Of a DNA stretch of 64,000 nucleotides, positions 47,606 through 61,980 are shown one piece after another. Within the stretch, counting starts at the first letter, position 1, and every line of letters begins with the position of its first letter. The notes below the pieces were generated by a model. That model searched no databases, was not told the origin of the DNA, and saw only the letters and a program-made list of their open reading frames with translations. Source of the DNA: Raja brachyura (taxonomy: Eukaryota); assembly GCA_963514005.1 (NCBI GenBank), contig OY740790.1, positions 29,512,001 to 29,576,000 of the forward strand. Reading direction: 5' to 3'. The translations under genes were made by a program, and so were the position numbers.

Positions 47606-49439
47606 ACATAGTACTTTTTTTATCCTGAAGGTGATAACCTTTCACGCTTGCTTTGTAAAGCCTACATTGTTCTCCGAAGATCGTAAAGGATATCTTTATA
47701 ATTTGAACCCTATGGGAAATGACAGATATTGAACATGGAACAGAGTTCCCAAGACATTTAAATGTTCAATCTCAATAAACAAGACTTCCCTGTGGGAGAC
47801 ATGCATGTTCCACAGAGACTTCAGAGGAAAATATCCTAACAAATGCTTCAGATTTTTAATCAGATTTCTATAAATTTCCGGAAATAGATTACCAGAAACA
47901 TCAAAGTCAAACTTGGAAATTATTTAAATTTATGTTAATTTACTTTATGTTATATTCTAATCCCAATTTTCACTCAGTTTCAATGCCCTCGGAGTTTAAA
48001 TACTGACTGGATAATCTTGCATGACTTTGGGGCAATATTCAATTGTGTGAATAGCTCAGTCATTCAATACAACTTTGTCAAGTAATTTTCAGTCATTTTA
48101 ACTTGGGTTCGTCACAACTGGAGGTCTGGACCCTAATTAAAAATGTTCATTCTTATCAAAGAAATTTTATCTGCCATGGAGTGCTCCCTCAATGCTTCTT
48201 TGAAGTGCCAAGATTGTCTACTTTTGAACTGATCTCTACGGTTTCCGACTTAGAGGCATGCTTGTTATTAACTCCCTCATCCAGGTCCAAAGAAAGAGGG
48301 GGGGGGGGGGGGGGGTTGTCATTGATGAAAGAGCACAGTTTTAAGGTAAAAGGGGAAGAGTTTGAAGGAGATGTGTGACGTGGGTGGTGGGTTCCTGGAA
48401 TGTGCTGCCAGTGGGTAATGGTGGAGGCAGATGCAATAGCAGTGATTAACGGGCATCGATAGGCACTTGGATATGCAAGGAATGATGGGGAATGGATCAT
48501 GTGTCAGCAGATGAGTTTGGTTTAGGCACAAGGAACTGCAGATGCTGGAATCTTGCAAAGTACTGGAGTCGGTGAGCATTCTGAGGAACATGGATAGGCA
48601 ATATAATTCAGGTCAAGACCCTTCTTGAGAATGAGTTTAGTTGCGGAGAGAAATGAACCCCCCCATCACTTATACCCACCTAACACTTGCCAGGCTTTCT
48701 CACCTATTTTGTAGCTTTCTCTCCTTCACTACAATCAGTGGGAAGAAGTGTCCTGACCCTGGACATCGCCTATCCATGTCCTCCAGAGATGCTGACTGGT
48801 CCGCTGCGTTATTCCAGTCCTTTGAGTTTAGTCCATCTTGGCATCATGTGTGGTACAGATGTTAAGGGCAGAAAGGCCTGTTCCTGTGCTATACTTTTCT
48901 ATGTTGTTGGTTCCAATTCAGTGTCTCATTCAGCTGCTGAAGATAATCTTAATCAGAAGACACAATTGTCTTCCATTCTTAAAGCAAATATTATATCGGA
49001 GGTGCAGATTGCTTTCTTTATTGGACAGTTGATCAAACAAACAGCATTAATTAGTATGTTTCAAAGATACACATGGACCAGAATATGATGATGGAAAAAT
49101 GAAGGACCAATTTTTATACTGCTATCCAATCTTCAGTGCCACTGCTTATATAACATAAAGCCTATTATGAGAGCTAATCCTTTATAATGATTAAATCAGT
49201 GAAATTGGATTATAATTACAGGCCATAATGGAAGTGTAATCTTTGGGTTGACTCTCATAATTGCCAGCATAATTGCAATTAATGGAGAAGACATTGTGTT
49301 TGTTTATGTTAGTGGTACCAGCACTTCCCTGACATTACTAACAGAAATTAGAGAACATTAAGTGTGTGCAACAAACAATTCTACCCATGTCTGAAATCAC
49401 TATCATCTATTATTCTGGTCTGTGATTCAATCCCATGTT

Positions 49440-49855
49440 GAAAGAATCGATCGACTGGGCTTATATTCAATACAATTTAGAAGGATGAGAGGGATCTTAC
49501 AGAGACATCAAAGGGATTGGACATGCTAGATGTAGGAAAAATGTTCCCGATGTTAGGGGAGTCCAAAACCAGGGGTCACAGTTTAAGAATAAGGAGTAGG
49601 CCATTTAGGACTGAGACGGGGAAAAAGTTCTTCACCCAGAGAATTGTGAATTTGTAGAATTCTCTGCCACGGAAGGCAGCGGAGGCCAATTCACTGGACA
49701 TATTCAAGAGAGTATCAGATATAACTCTTTGGGATAATTGAATTAAGGGATAAGGGGAGAAAGCAGAAACAGTGGATGATCAGCCATGATCATATTGAAT
49801 GGTGGTGCTGGCTCGAAGAGTTGTATGGCCTTCCTTATTTTCCATGTTTCTATCA
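49440..49855 (+). mobile_element. CR1 LINE 3' fragment
   Basis: LGLYS..FRRMR, GKMFPMLGES, FFTQRIV and 3' UTR. Confidence 0.85.
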
Positions 49856-50479
49856 CCTGGATTAGGACTTGTTCACAAAAATGAGTCGGGTTTGAAATGT
49901 TTTCCCCTGCATTTGCTTGCTTACAAAGGTTCTTCAAATTGCATTGTTTGCTTGTATTATATACATTTTCTAACAAATTAGAAGCAACCTGTCCATTGAG
50001 TCTCTGCTGGCTTTCAGTGCAACACAAACAATCCCATTTCCCTACTTATTTTTTACATAAACTATTACCTCTCTGATGCTCATCACCAGGGCGATTAGAG
50101 AAGGCATGTCAGACCTTAAGACCATGAACCACACAAGTAGAATGTGGCCATTCAAGTCTACTCCACCATTTGATCATGGCTAATTTATTTTCCCCATCAA
50201 CCCCATTCTCTTGCCGTCTCCATGTAACCTGTGATGCCCTTTGAGGTAGCCTAACTACAAGCATGTCTGTAGGATGGGAAGAAAACCATACACTCAGGTT
50301 CAACACATGTGGTCACAGACAGAGCACCCCATGTCAAGATCTGAATTGGTGAAGCAGTGCAACAGCAGCCTGCCATGCCAATATCCTATATATTGTGTAA
50401 GCACGTATCAATATTGGGCACATTTGCAAATCATTTTAACAACTAAAATATCAAATGAACTAATGTACACCAATGAATC

Positions 50480-51345
50480 TGTTGAATAGGTCAATTCCTG
50501 ACCAACAGTGAGGATAGGTGAGAAATCGTCCTCTGTATTAATCCTCAACACTGATGCCCGGCAACAATATATTCTCAGTCCCTTTCTACACTCCTTATAC
50601 ACTCATGACTGTGCAGCCACATACCAATCCAAATCAATTAGCAAGATCTCTGCTAACACCACCGCACAAGGGTTACGATGTTCAACATGTCCTCACCAAC
50701 CCTCACTAACTTCTACAGATGCACATAGAAACATAGAAAATAGGTGCAGGAGGAGGCCATTCAGCCCTTCAAGCCAGCAGCGCCATTCATTGCGATCATG
50801 GCTGATCGTCCCCTATCAAAAACCCGTGCCTGCCTTCTCCCACAAAAGAAAGCATTTTATTAGGATGCATCACAACATGGTTTGGGGACAGCTCCATCCA
50901 AGACTACAAGAAATTGTGGATGTAGCCTAGATTATCATGCAAACCAATCTCCCTTCAACCTGCTACCCTCAGGGAGGCGCTATAGGTGCATCAGCACAAG
51001 GACAAATAGACTCAAGAACAGTTTCTTTCCAAAATCCATTATCACCCTGAACTCATACATGCACTGACTTCACAGCCTAACCCCCGGACTTTCATCTATC
51101 CACCTACTGCAATTTGTACTGTAACTTCCAATATGTGCAACATCCCATACTGGATATAGGAATCCTATTTATCCATTCTATTTACCCATTGTCTTTTTAT
51201 AGATATGTGTCTAGCGCCGCAGAAACTGTGCACCTTATTCCCCCCCCCCCCACCTTTTTTGTTTTGTTTTTGCACTGAGTAGGAGCAGCTTTTAATCTCA
51301 TTGTACACGTGTATAGTGACAATAAAAGGCATTCTGATTCTGATT
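50480..51345 (+). mobile_element. Composite Rex1/Babar-type fragments with a nested minus-strand CR1 tail (50723-50842)
   Basis: LSPFL.SLYTHDC (RT), LLPSGRRYRCISTRTNRLKNSFFP, and an AATAAA..(ATTCTG)n tail. Confidence 0.7.
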
Positions 51346-51732
51346 CTTCTACTGACTTCATTTACACATCGGCAAAGCCACAAGCAGAATCAAGGACCAA
51401 TCTCACCCTGGTCTCCACTCTTCTCCCATCAGGCAAGAGGCACAGATGTTTGAAAACACATCTCTCCAGATTCAGGGACAGTTTCTTCCCAGCTGTAATC
51501 AGGCAACTGAACCATACAATCACCACCTCGAGTGCAGAGCGTTTCCTCCTACACTCGGTAGAGGTCGGTGGGGGCGCTGCGAGCCGGCAGCCCTGCTAGC
51601 AGTGTGTTCGTTTTTTTCTACTTTTTGTGTTTTTTTAGTGTGTCTCAATTTGTGTTTTTAATGTTTCTTGGTGCGTTTTGTGTGGGGGGTGGTGTGCTTA
51701 TTTTTAAATTAGGGATAAAAATATTACATTGA

Positions 51733-53640
51733 AACATGGAAAAATAGGTGCAGATGTAGGCCATTTGGCCTTTCAAGCCAGCACCACCATTCAATATGAT
51801 TATGGCTGATCTAAAATCAGTACCCCGTTCCTGTTTTTGCCCCATATCCCTTAATCCCTTAACACCAAACTAAATCTACCTCTCTTGAAAACATTCAGTG
51901 AATTGGCCACCACTGTCTTCTGTGACAGAGAATTCCACAGATTCACAACTCTCTGGGTGAAGAAGTTTTTCCTCATCTCAGTTCTAAATGGCCTACACCT
52001 TATTCTTAATCTCACATTTATCCACATTATACTGCATCTACCAAGCATCTGCTCACTCACCCAACCTATCCAAGTCACCCTGCAGCCTTATAGCATCCTC
52101 ATCGCAGCTCACACTGCCACACAGCTTTGTGTCATTCGCAAACTTGGACATTTAATTCCCTCGTCTAAATCGTTATTATATACATTGTAAATAATTGAGG
52201 TCCCAGCACCCCACTAGTCACTGCCTGCCATTCTGAAAATGATCAGTTAATTCCTACTCTTTGCTTCCTGGCTGCCAACCAGTTCTGTGTCCATGTCAAT
52301 ACCCTACCCCTAATACCATGTGCTCTAATTTTGCACACAAATCCCTTGTGTGGGACCTTGTCAAAGGCCTTTTGAAAGTCCAGATACACCACATCCACTG
52401 GCTCTCCCATGTCCATTCTACTTGTTACATCCTCAAAAAATTCCAAAAGATCAGTCAAGCATGATTTTCACTTTATGGTGACTCAACATATAAAATTCTT
52501 AAAATATTGGACAGACTCATGTTGACTTTGACTGATCCTGTCACTGCTTTCTAAATGTGCTGCTATAACATCTTTAACAATAGACTCAAGCATCTTCCCC
52601 ACTATCAATGTGATAGGCCTGTCCCACTTAAGCAAGTTTTTCAGTGACTGCTGGCACTAGTCATAGTCAGATAATACTATACATGAAAACTTTCAACATG
52701 TGGAAAATCCAGAGGCGACCAGAAAGACGCTATGACTATTTGGGCGATTGAGTAGAGTATGGTGATATGTCATGGGGTGAAGCCTGTATGGTCGTGAGTA
52801 GTCGCCCAGAGTCGTATCTTATTCCGGTCGCCGCTGGATTTTCAACATGTTGAACATTTTCAGCGAGATACAGAATCAAACTACTCATTTAACTCTTCTG
52901 CCCTTTCCTTGTTTCTCATTATAAATTAATCTGTCTCTGATTGTAATGCACCTACATTTGTCTTCAATAATCTTTTCCTTTTCACATATCTAAAGAAGCT
53001 TTGAGTGAGTTTTTATATACCCCACAAGCTTTCTTTCATGCTTTTTTTCCACCCTCTTAATTAATCCTTTTGTCCTCCTCTGTTGAGTTCTAAATTTCTC
53101 CCAGTCCTCTGGTTTGCTGCTTCCTCTGAACAATTCATATGACTTTTCCACTAACCTTCCACTATCCTTGATTTCCCTTGTTAGCCACGATTGAGCCACC
53201 TTCCCTGTTTAATTTTTTTGCCAGACGGATGAAGAATTTTTGGAGTTCCATGCAGTCTTTAAATCTTTGCCATTTCATCTTTGCCGTCAACCCTTTAAGT
53301 ATAATTTGCCAGTCCTTCCTGGACAATTCCCGTCTCATACCTTCAAAGTCTTACTTCTTTAAATTCATGACCCTAATCTCCGAATTAACCATGTCACTTT
53401 CCATCCTGCAGAATTCCATCATATAATGGTCACTGTTGCCCAAGGGGCTTTGCACAATAAGATCACTAACTAATCCTTGCTCATTATACAACACCCAGTC
53501 TAGGATAGCCTGACCTCTGGTAGGCTCTTCTACTGTACACATTGGTTTAAAAAACCATCCCGTATACATTCCAGGAAATCCACCTCCTCAGCGCTGCCAC
53601 CAATTTGGTTAGCCCAATCTATATGTAGATTAAAGTCACC
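51733..53640 (-). mobile_element. CR1 LINE fragment with internal deletions and a MITE-like insertion (~52615-52870)
   Basis: EN-end EPTRGQAILDWVL..LGNSDH, RT LLEFFEDVT..DVVYLDFQKAFDKVPH, and 3' end FFTQRVVNLWNSL. Confidence 0.9.
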
Positions 53641-54230
53641 GTATAGATTTAGTATTGTCACATGTACTGAGGTACAGTGAAAACGTTTGTTTGCTATCCA
53701 ATCAAATAAGATAATACTATACATGAATACAATAAAGCCAAGCTCAAGTACAATAGGTAGAGTGAAGAGTAAGATACAGAGTGCATCTTTCTACATCAAA
53801 TATATTTCTCAGCAACATAGCCCAACAGTTCCTGAGAAAAATTCCTATGTCTGTAATGAGGTAAGTTGGAGAATCGGGACAGTACCCTAGCTACGCTAGT
53901 ACCCTAGAAATTGTTCCTGAGTCTGGTAGTGTGTACTTCCAAGCTTCTGTATCTTCTGCCACATGGGAGCGGAAAGAAGAAGGAATGACCTGGATGGGAA
54001 AGGTTCTTGACAATGTTTACTGCTTTTTCCAAGGCAGCGTGAAGTGCAGATAGAGTTGATAATGGGGAGTAGAGTCTGTGTAATGGTCTGGGTAACATCC
54101 CAAACACTTTTCAATTTCTTGTGATCTTGGCAACCCAATGTTATGCTTCCTACAATGCATCTGCAGACGTTTGTAAGAGTCATTGGAGAAATACCTAATT
54201 TCCTCGGGGTCCAGAGGAAATAGATTCTGA
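53640..54230 (-). mobile_element. Rex1/Babar-type LINE 3' fragment
   Basis: HPGHSFFFPLPCGRRYRSLEVHTTRLRNNF plus shared 3' UTR. Confidence 0.7.
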
Positions 54231-54454
54231 AATGTATAACTAACACTAACTGGACCTATGATTGTATTCCAACACAGAATTAGAGGACAACACCTGTAGA
54301 ATTGGCAAATAAAAACAAAATGCAGATGCTAGAAATCTGAAATAAAAACTGATAATGCTGCAAAAAGCTCAGCATGTTAAAGTGCACCCGCAGAAAGAGA
54401 AAGAGTCAATGTTTCAGGTCTGCGATCATTCATCAGAACATCATTAGAACTGGA

Positions 54455-54650
54455 CATCAAGTGCTGGAGTGACTCAGCGGGTCAGGTAGCATCTCTGGAG
54501 AACATGGATAGTGGACTTTTCAGGGCTTCTGAAGATATGTCGTGACCCGAAACATCACTCATTCATGTTCTCCAGAAATACTGCCTGACGCGCTGAGTTA
54601 CTCCTACACAGTGCTTTTATTTACAAACCAGCATGTGCAGTTCTCTATGT
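54455..54650. mobile_element. Palindromic Penelope pLTR-derived element
   Basis: Inverted arms around CTGAAGA...GACCCGAAACATC. Confidence 0.7.
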
Positions 54651-54859
54651 TTTCATTAGAACTGGCAGGTTTCAGGCCGATTTTCAAATAAGAAATGGCT
54701 GCTCTAAAAGGAGAATTGGATGGGTAAGACGTAGACCCTTTAAAACCATCCAACCTTATTTTGTTAATGAAGAAAATGATTGCCATTTTGAAACATAATT
54801 GAAGCTTTACGGATATTTTGCAATAATGGACCTTTGTCAAACAAAAGCCATACTGCTAG

Positions 54860-55410
54860 CTGCTATTGTGTTCAGTTCTGGGCACCATGTTATAGGAAAG
54901 ATATTGTCAAGCTTGAAATGGTTCAGTAAAGATTTATGGTGATGTAGTCAGGACTAGAGGGTGCGAGCTATAGGGAGAAGTTGTGTAGGCTGGGTCTCTA
55001 TTCCATGAAGCACAGGAGGATGGGGGGGGGGGGGGGGGGGGGTTCTTATAGAGGTGTACAAAATCATGAGAGGAATAGATTGAGTAGATGCACAGTCTCT
55101 TGCCCAGAGTTGGGAAATCAAGGACCAGAGCACATAGGTTCAAGGTGAAGGGGAAAGATTTAATAGGAATCAGAGGGGTAACTTTTTCACACAAAGGCCG
55201 GTGGGTGTATGGAACAAGCTGCCAGAGGAGGTAGTTGAGGCTGGGACTATCCCATTGTTTAAGAGACAGTTAGACAGGTACATGGATAGGACAGGTTTGA
55301 AGGGATATGAACCAAGCGCAGACAAGTGGAACTAGTGTAGCTGGGACATTGTTGACCGGTGTGGGCAAGTTGGGCCAAAGGGCCGGTTTCCACCCTGTAT
55401 CACTCTGTCT
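54860..55410 (+). mobile_element. CR1 LINE 3' fragment (second subfamily)
   Basis: YCVQFWAPCYRKDIVKLE, LIEVYKIMRGID, SRTRAHRFKV. Confidence 0.85.
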
Positions 55411-55939
55411 ATGACTATCTCTGGCTAGCTGAGTGAAATTCATTGAGAAGGATTTTTAAATGCAAAAGCATGCTATTTCTTTTTAAAAATCTTATTTTGA
55501 GGTTTCTGTTGACATGGAACATACTGAAAAGTAATTTAACACCTGATGAGTTTTACGGGATGGTTTTGCATTTCAGTGAAGTAGGATATTACGATTGACA
55601 ATCTTTTCCAACCATATTCCAGAGACAGTTTGTGGTTATGACTAGATATATACAGTATTAAAATGCTTCCTTCCATATCCATCTACAGCTGATCTGGTTA
55701 AACTCAACTTCACAAAACTGTGCTTACAAAGGATCAATGATTACTTCAGCTTTTAAGGGTATCAAGGCATGATCTGTGGAATTTAAATTGTTAGAACAAG
55801 ATAGCATGCAATTAACAAGTTTTATCAAGTATTTATTTTGTAAAAAGGGAGAAAGATATTTCAGATGCTTGAAATATTCTCAGAAGATCAGATGGATCAT
55901 AAAGTTGTGTGCGGACTTATAGTTTTGTGATATTGATTT

Positions 55940-56272
55940 CAAGTAACTCTTTCATTCCCTCTCTCTGCCCATCCCTCCCCCAGCCCAGTCATCCTGCTCG
56001 TTTTATTGTTCGTATCCCCTCGTTATCACCTCCTCCACAGCCAGCAATATACCATTGTGGCCTCTTTGGTCATCGATGCTGACTCTGATCGGTTCTGTAC
56101 TTTTCATATCTCAGGTTTTCTTCTCCCCCAGCTCTCAGTCTGAAGAAGGGTCTCAACCTGAAACATCACTTATTTATTTTCTCCAGAGATGCTGCTTGAC
56201 CCGCTGAGTTACTCCAGAATTTTGTGTCTATCGTCGGTGTAAACCAACATCTGCAGTTCCTTCCTATACATT
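55940..56272 (+). mobile_element. Penelope 3' end/pLTR fragment
   Basis: Counterpart of 4128-4360; AGTCTGAAGAAGGGTCTCAACCTGAAACATCACT at ~56137. Confidence 0.75.
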
Positions 56273-57534
56273 TTGTCTATCCAAGGTGTTTCACTCTCAG
56301 CTTTTCATATATTCATTTTAATTTTGTTCAGTAATAACTAAAGGAACTACCTTTGCAGTGATTCTAATGAAAGAAACTCCTTTGGTTTCCAAGACAGTCC
56401 TCCCATTCTTTAAAACTTGTCATTTTTATGGGGACTTCAGTGTATCTGGTCAATGGAATCAAAATCACTTGCATCACAGATTCGAGTCTTCTGTTGAATC
56501 CCTTGTCATGAGCTGTGATTTCACAACATTCAGTTGGGAGGCATTGCCCGAGGAAAGATATAATGTGGCAAAGGCATATGAAGAAATTAATGACTTAAGT
56601 AGCATGCTAATATGTAATATGGTAATTACATCATGTAATATAGATGAAATATAAATACGCAGCCTCTGCCAAATGTTTTCACATAATTACAGAAGGAAAG
56701 ATATCCCACAGCATCTTAGATTTCTTTTTGGTTGTTATATTGCAGTAGCGTACAACAATGCTTAATTAAAAATATCCTCAAGAGATGGACAGTTACAGGC
56801 ACATCAACAAAACGGATGGTGAGATTGCAAACTGCAAGTAATGGACAAGTGATTCAGTTGCCGTGAAGGGCGAGTGAATATCACTGAACATATAGGCTAT
56901 GCTCCACATGTCTGACTGTTATTTTAGTTTTATATTTGGAGTGATTCCGGGCAATAAAGTATTACAACCCCAATGATTTCATGGAAGTGTCAAGGCAACC
57001 TTGATGTTAATTCTTAGCAAGTTAAATGATTTATGTGCTCAGAAATCACAACTCACTTTAAAAAGAAAACCCTGCCATAACAAATCATTTGGGAATGGCA
57101 AAGCTGCTTTAAAGGACACCATCGTGTGAAGCCTGTACAGGTTGTCACCCCAACACCTGTGAGCAAATCTCAGTTGCGATAACAATTCCAAGGGGGCCAC
57201 CTTCTTGGCACACACGCTGCAGAGAGGAGCAGGCATTGTATAGACTTGCAGCCAAGTATTGCAACAGCAAAAACGGAGCAAATACATTATTCAGGAGGCC
57301 CTCAGACATTTTATAAAATGAGGATTTAAAAATAAATGTCAGTAATATTGCATTGAGCTCTGTTATCAATGGGATAGTGGAGATCGACACAAAATGCTGG
57401 AGTAACTCAGCTAGTCAGGCAGGATCTCTGGAAAAAAGGAATAGGTGATGTTTTGGTCAAGACCCTTCTTCAGACAGCATCGAACCAGCATCTGCAGTTC
57501 CTTCCCCCACACGCGCAAGTGGAGATATAGATAC

Positions 57535-57806
57535 GTTTATTTTAGAGATACAATGTGGAATCAGGCTCTCAGCCCACCAATACCGCACAGATCAACGATC
57601 ACCCATACGCAACTTCAAACCGAGACACCGAGGACAATTTATAAAAGACTATTAACCTACAAATCTGCACATCTTTGGAATGTGGGTGGAACCCAGAGGG
57701 AACCTCACAGGGAAAACGTATGAACTCCGTATAGACAGCACCCCTAGTTAGGATCAAACTCACTTCTTTGACGCTGTAAGGCAGCAATTTTACCACTACG
57801 CCACCC
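57535..57806 (-). mobile_element. HE1-like SINE
   Basis: Reverse-complement SINE; further fragments at ~58010-58325. Confidence 0.75.
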
Positions 57807-59394
57807 ACGAAAGACTAAAAATTATAACAGGAGTATCTAGATGCAAATAGGGAAAGAGAAGGTGGTGACATTTTTGCCTTGGTTATGGTTGAATGGAACG
57901 GTCTTACCACCTGTACAGACCACCATATCATTTACTGGGACCTCCTTTCCCAAATTCCTCTCTACATTGTAAATGTTCCCGGTTAAGCAAGTTAAACAGT
58001 TTCCTGTTTAAGCAAGCCCATCCACGCTCACCATTGATCACCTGTTCACACTAGTTTTTTGCTATCCCACTTTCTCATTCACTCCCCGCACACAAACAGC
58101 AATTGCCCATTAACTTACAAACCTTCACGTCTTGGGGATGTGGGAGGAAACCAAACTGCCCAGAAGCCGACAAGTGATCCCCGTAGACTAACACTATCTT
58201 ACACACTAGGGACAATTTACCAAACACAATTAACCAACAAACTTGCAAGTCTTTGGAATGTGGGAAGAAACCGGAGCACCAGGTCTCTGGCACTGTAAGG
58301 CAGCAACTCTACCGCTGCTCCACCCAAAATTTTTAACATGCTGTAAGGCGAAGTAAGTTATTCACATCTCTATTTGAGGAATAGTATTTACCAGCATCTG
58401 CAGTTCATTTCCACACATCTCTTACTTTTGCTGTTCTGATGATGGGTCGGTGAACTGAAACATTGACTCTGTCCCTCTCTCCACTTACTGAGCGCCCCAA
58501 ACATTTAATTTTTGGGTTATGAATCTCCAACCAGTGAATGATCCCTTAACTGAATCACTGTGTAAATGTTTATGTTAAAATGTATTTTGTGTGTTTTGTT
58601 ACTTTTTATTTGTATGACTGACTTGGCAAATGAAATTCCTCGTACGTTGCAAAACATACTTGGCTAATAAAGTATGATTGTGATTAAGTGGTTCCAGGAA
58701 GTTCCTTTTCTGTTGCTGATGGGTTAAAAGAGCTGAGAGACGAAGCTACATGGCAGTCCAGCCATCAGCTCTGTGTTGCATGTTGATTAACACCACATAC
58801 TGCTTACTCTCCTGTTTCAGGCCACTGCTGACAGAACCACTTCAAGGTCTCAGCAACATTTCTGCTGGTGTGCCTTGTACGCGCATGTCCAGGACACCAT
58901 TCTGGAACTAATTTTGAAGCCCCAAACACCAACAGACAATCATTATGGAGCTAAATACTTCAGTCCATTGTAGAAACAAGCAGCATGCAGCCTCTATAGA
59001 CCACCTGATTAACAATGAAACAGCTTTTACTTCGATTACTCCTAGAAATCCACAATCCATTCCATTGACGCAATCCATTCCCTGGAACATCTTCAAATAA
59101 CCTTTATGTGTCAAACTAGCCAAGCTGTCAAACGTAATAAGCAGATCGCAAAGCTGCAGTACTTGATTCACGGCACTAGAGGACAATAAAGCAGTTGTAT
59201 TGTTTTGCTAGCAGGCTTTAGATTAAGTACTGCAATAGCACAGTATTGAATGGTGCACGGGGGCTCTGTAAAGTGAACATTTAAATAATATTTTAAAGTA
59301 ATAGAGAGATCAAATCTGAAGTACAAACCCAGTAAACACAGCAAATACAAGTCAGGATGCAAAGAACAATGTCGAACAATTATAGAGCATAGGT

Positions 59395-60150
59395 AGAGAA
59401 ACATAGAAACATAGAAAATAGGTGCAGGAGTAGGCCATTCGGCCCTTCGAGCCTGCACCGCCATTCAATACGATCATGGCTGATCATCCAACTCAGTATC
59501 CCGTACCTGCTTTCTCTCCATACCCCTGATCCCTCCAGCCACAAGGGCCACATAACTCCCTCTTAAATATAGCCAAAGAACTGGCCTCAACTACCTTCTG
59601 TGGTAGAGAATTCCAGAGACTCACCACTCTCTGTGTGAAAAATGTTTTTCCCATCTCGGTCCTAAAAGATTTCCCCCTTATCCTTAAACTGTGACCCCTT
59701 GTTCTGGACTTCCCCAACATTGGGAACAATCTTCCTGCATCTAGCCTGTCCAACCCCTTAAGAATTTTGTACGTTTCTATAAGATCCCCCCTCAATCTTC
59801 TAAATTCTAGCGACTCCAAGCCGAGTCTATCCAGTCTTTCTTCATATGAAAGTCCTGACATCCCAGGAATCAGTCTGGTGAACCTTCTCTGTACTCCCTC
59901 TATGACAAGAATGTCTTTCCTCAGATTTGGAGACCAAAACTATATGCAATACTCCAGGTGTGGCCTCACCAAAACCCTGTACACCTGCAGTAGAAGCTCC
60001 CTGCTCCTATACTCAAATCCTTTTGCTATGAATGCTAACATACCATTCGCTTTCTTCACATGCCTGCTGCACCTGCATGCCTACTTTCAATGACTGGTGT
60101 ACCATGACACCCAGGTCTCGTTGCATCTCACCTTTTCCTAATCGTCCACC
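59395..60150 (-). mobile_element. CR1 LINE 3' fragment (same subfamily as 9445-10207)
   Basis: ORF 59493-59861, ACATAGAA tail, similarity over ~750 bp. Confidence 0.95.
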
Positions 60151-61554
60151 AGTATATGGAGTACCGACCCAAAACATCATCTCTCCATGCTCTCCAAAGA
60201 TGCTGCCTGGCGCCCAGTCACTCCAGCACTTTGTGTCATTATTTGCATCTAAGGCATGTCGGGACTGATGCAGAGATTTGAAACATTACACTACATTGGC
60301 CTGTTGCAACGCTGTCTAACCTTTCAGTCCAACCAGTCCATGGGGACATTTATTAACACTTGAACATCCTTCCATTTTGTCTCAAATAGAGGACAGGTCT
60401 CAGGTGAGAAGGGCAAGATTTAATAGGAACCCGAGGGGCAATTTTTTCACTCAGAGGTTGGTGAGTATATGGATGAGCTGCTAGAAGAGGTTGTTGAGGC
60501 AGATACAATGACAGCATGTAAAAGACACTTGGACAGATACATAGATTGGAAAGGTTTAAAAGGAAATGGGCTAAATGTGGATGAATGGGACTAGCTTAGT
60601 TGTGGCATCTTGGTTGGCATGGACGAGTTGGGCTGAAGGACCTGATTCCATGTTGTAGGATGTGTTGACTCCATGACTCTGTAACTAAATCTAGCAGGAA
60701 TACACTCCATCATGTCACATAGAAAATAGGTGCAGGAGGAGGCCATTTGGCCCTTCGAGCCAGCACCGCCATTCATTGTGATCATGGCTGATCGTCCCCT
60801 AGCAAAAACCCGTGCCTGCAAGTGTATGTTCCCCCTCATACACTTGCTATTCAGTCCCTTAGCTACATCTGTGCCATCAGCTTTAACCACTCAATTTGCT
60901 TTCAAGTTTCACATTCTCCCCACCCCGAGGGAGAGATAAAGGTCAGTGGGGATGTGTCAGACTGAGAGGAGGATCGTCTTCCATTCCCCCACCAACCTGA
61001 TGTAGCTCCTTTTCCATTGCTACTGAGAGGCTAAATGCAAATTGGAAAAAAAAAAAAAATCTAATTTTTCTCTTGGGTAGCTTGCAACTCAATCGTATGG
61101 ACATTCAATTTTCCAGTTTCAGGTAACCCAATGCACAAATTCACTTGCCAGCCAAGGTTTCTTCTCCCCTTGTTCATTCTTTATTATTATTATTAGATTC
61201 TTTATTAGATTCTTTATTTGTCATTCAGACCTTTCGGTCCGAACGAAACTCTGTTTCCCTGCAGTCCTACATATAATTAAAAATAAAAAAATAAAAAAAT
61301 GACAGAACACACAATAAACACAAATTTAACATCCACCACAGTTTCACCAAACACCTCCTCACTGTGGTGGAAGGCAAAGTCTTAAAGTCTGTGTCTCTTC
61401 CCTCTTTGTTTCCCTCTGCACCGAGGTGATCCAGGCCTCAGATGCCGCGACCGCACTGGGCGATGGCAAGTCAGTCCCGCGGTTCAACCGAGCTCCACGA
61501 ATGGGTCGGTTCAACTCCGCGGCCTGGGGGGTCCATCGGGCCCGTGGTCGGGCC

Positions 61555-61980
61555 GCTGCAACCGCTCCGGGACCAAGTCGGGTCGCCGCCCCGGGACCGA
61601 GTTGGGTTTCCGCCGCCGCTGTCGCCGCCGCCGCTGCTGGAACCGCTCCGGTAGTCGGGCCGCCGCTGCTGCTGCCGCCGCCGCTGCTGGAACCGCTCCG
61701 GTAGTCGGGCCGCTGCTGCCGCCGCCGCTGCTGGAACCGCTCCAGTAGTCACTGGAACCGTTCCAAGAGTCGGGCCGCTGCTGCCGCCGCCGCTGCTGGA
61801 ACCGCTCCGGTAGTCACTGGAACCGCTCCGGGAGTCGGGCCGCCGCCGCCTGCCGCTGCTGGAACCGCACCGGTAGTCGGGCCGCCGCCGGAACCGCTCC
61901 GGGAGTCGGGTCGCCGCCGCCACCACCGCCGGAACCGCTCCGGGAGTCGGGCCGCCGCCGCTGCTGGAACCGCTCCGGGC
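61555..61980. repeat. GC-rich minisatellite inside an unclassified ~0.87-kb element (~61190-62060)
   Basis: About ten variable units of GGAACCGCTCCGG(T/G)AGTCGGGCC(GCC/GCT)n. Confidence 0.85.
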
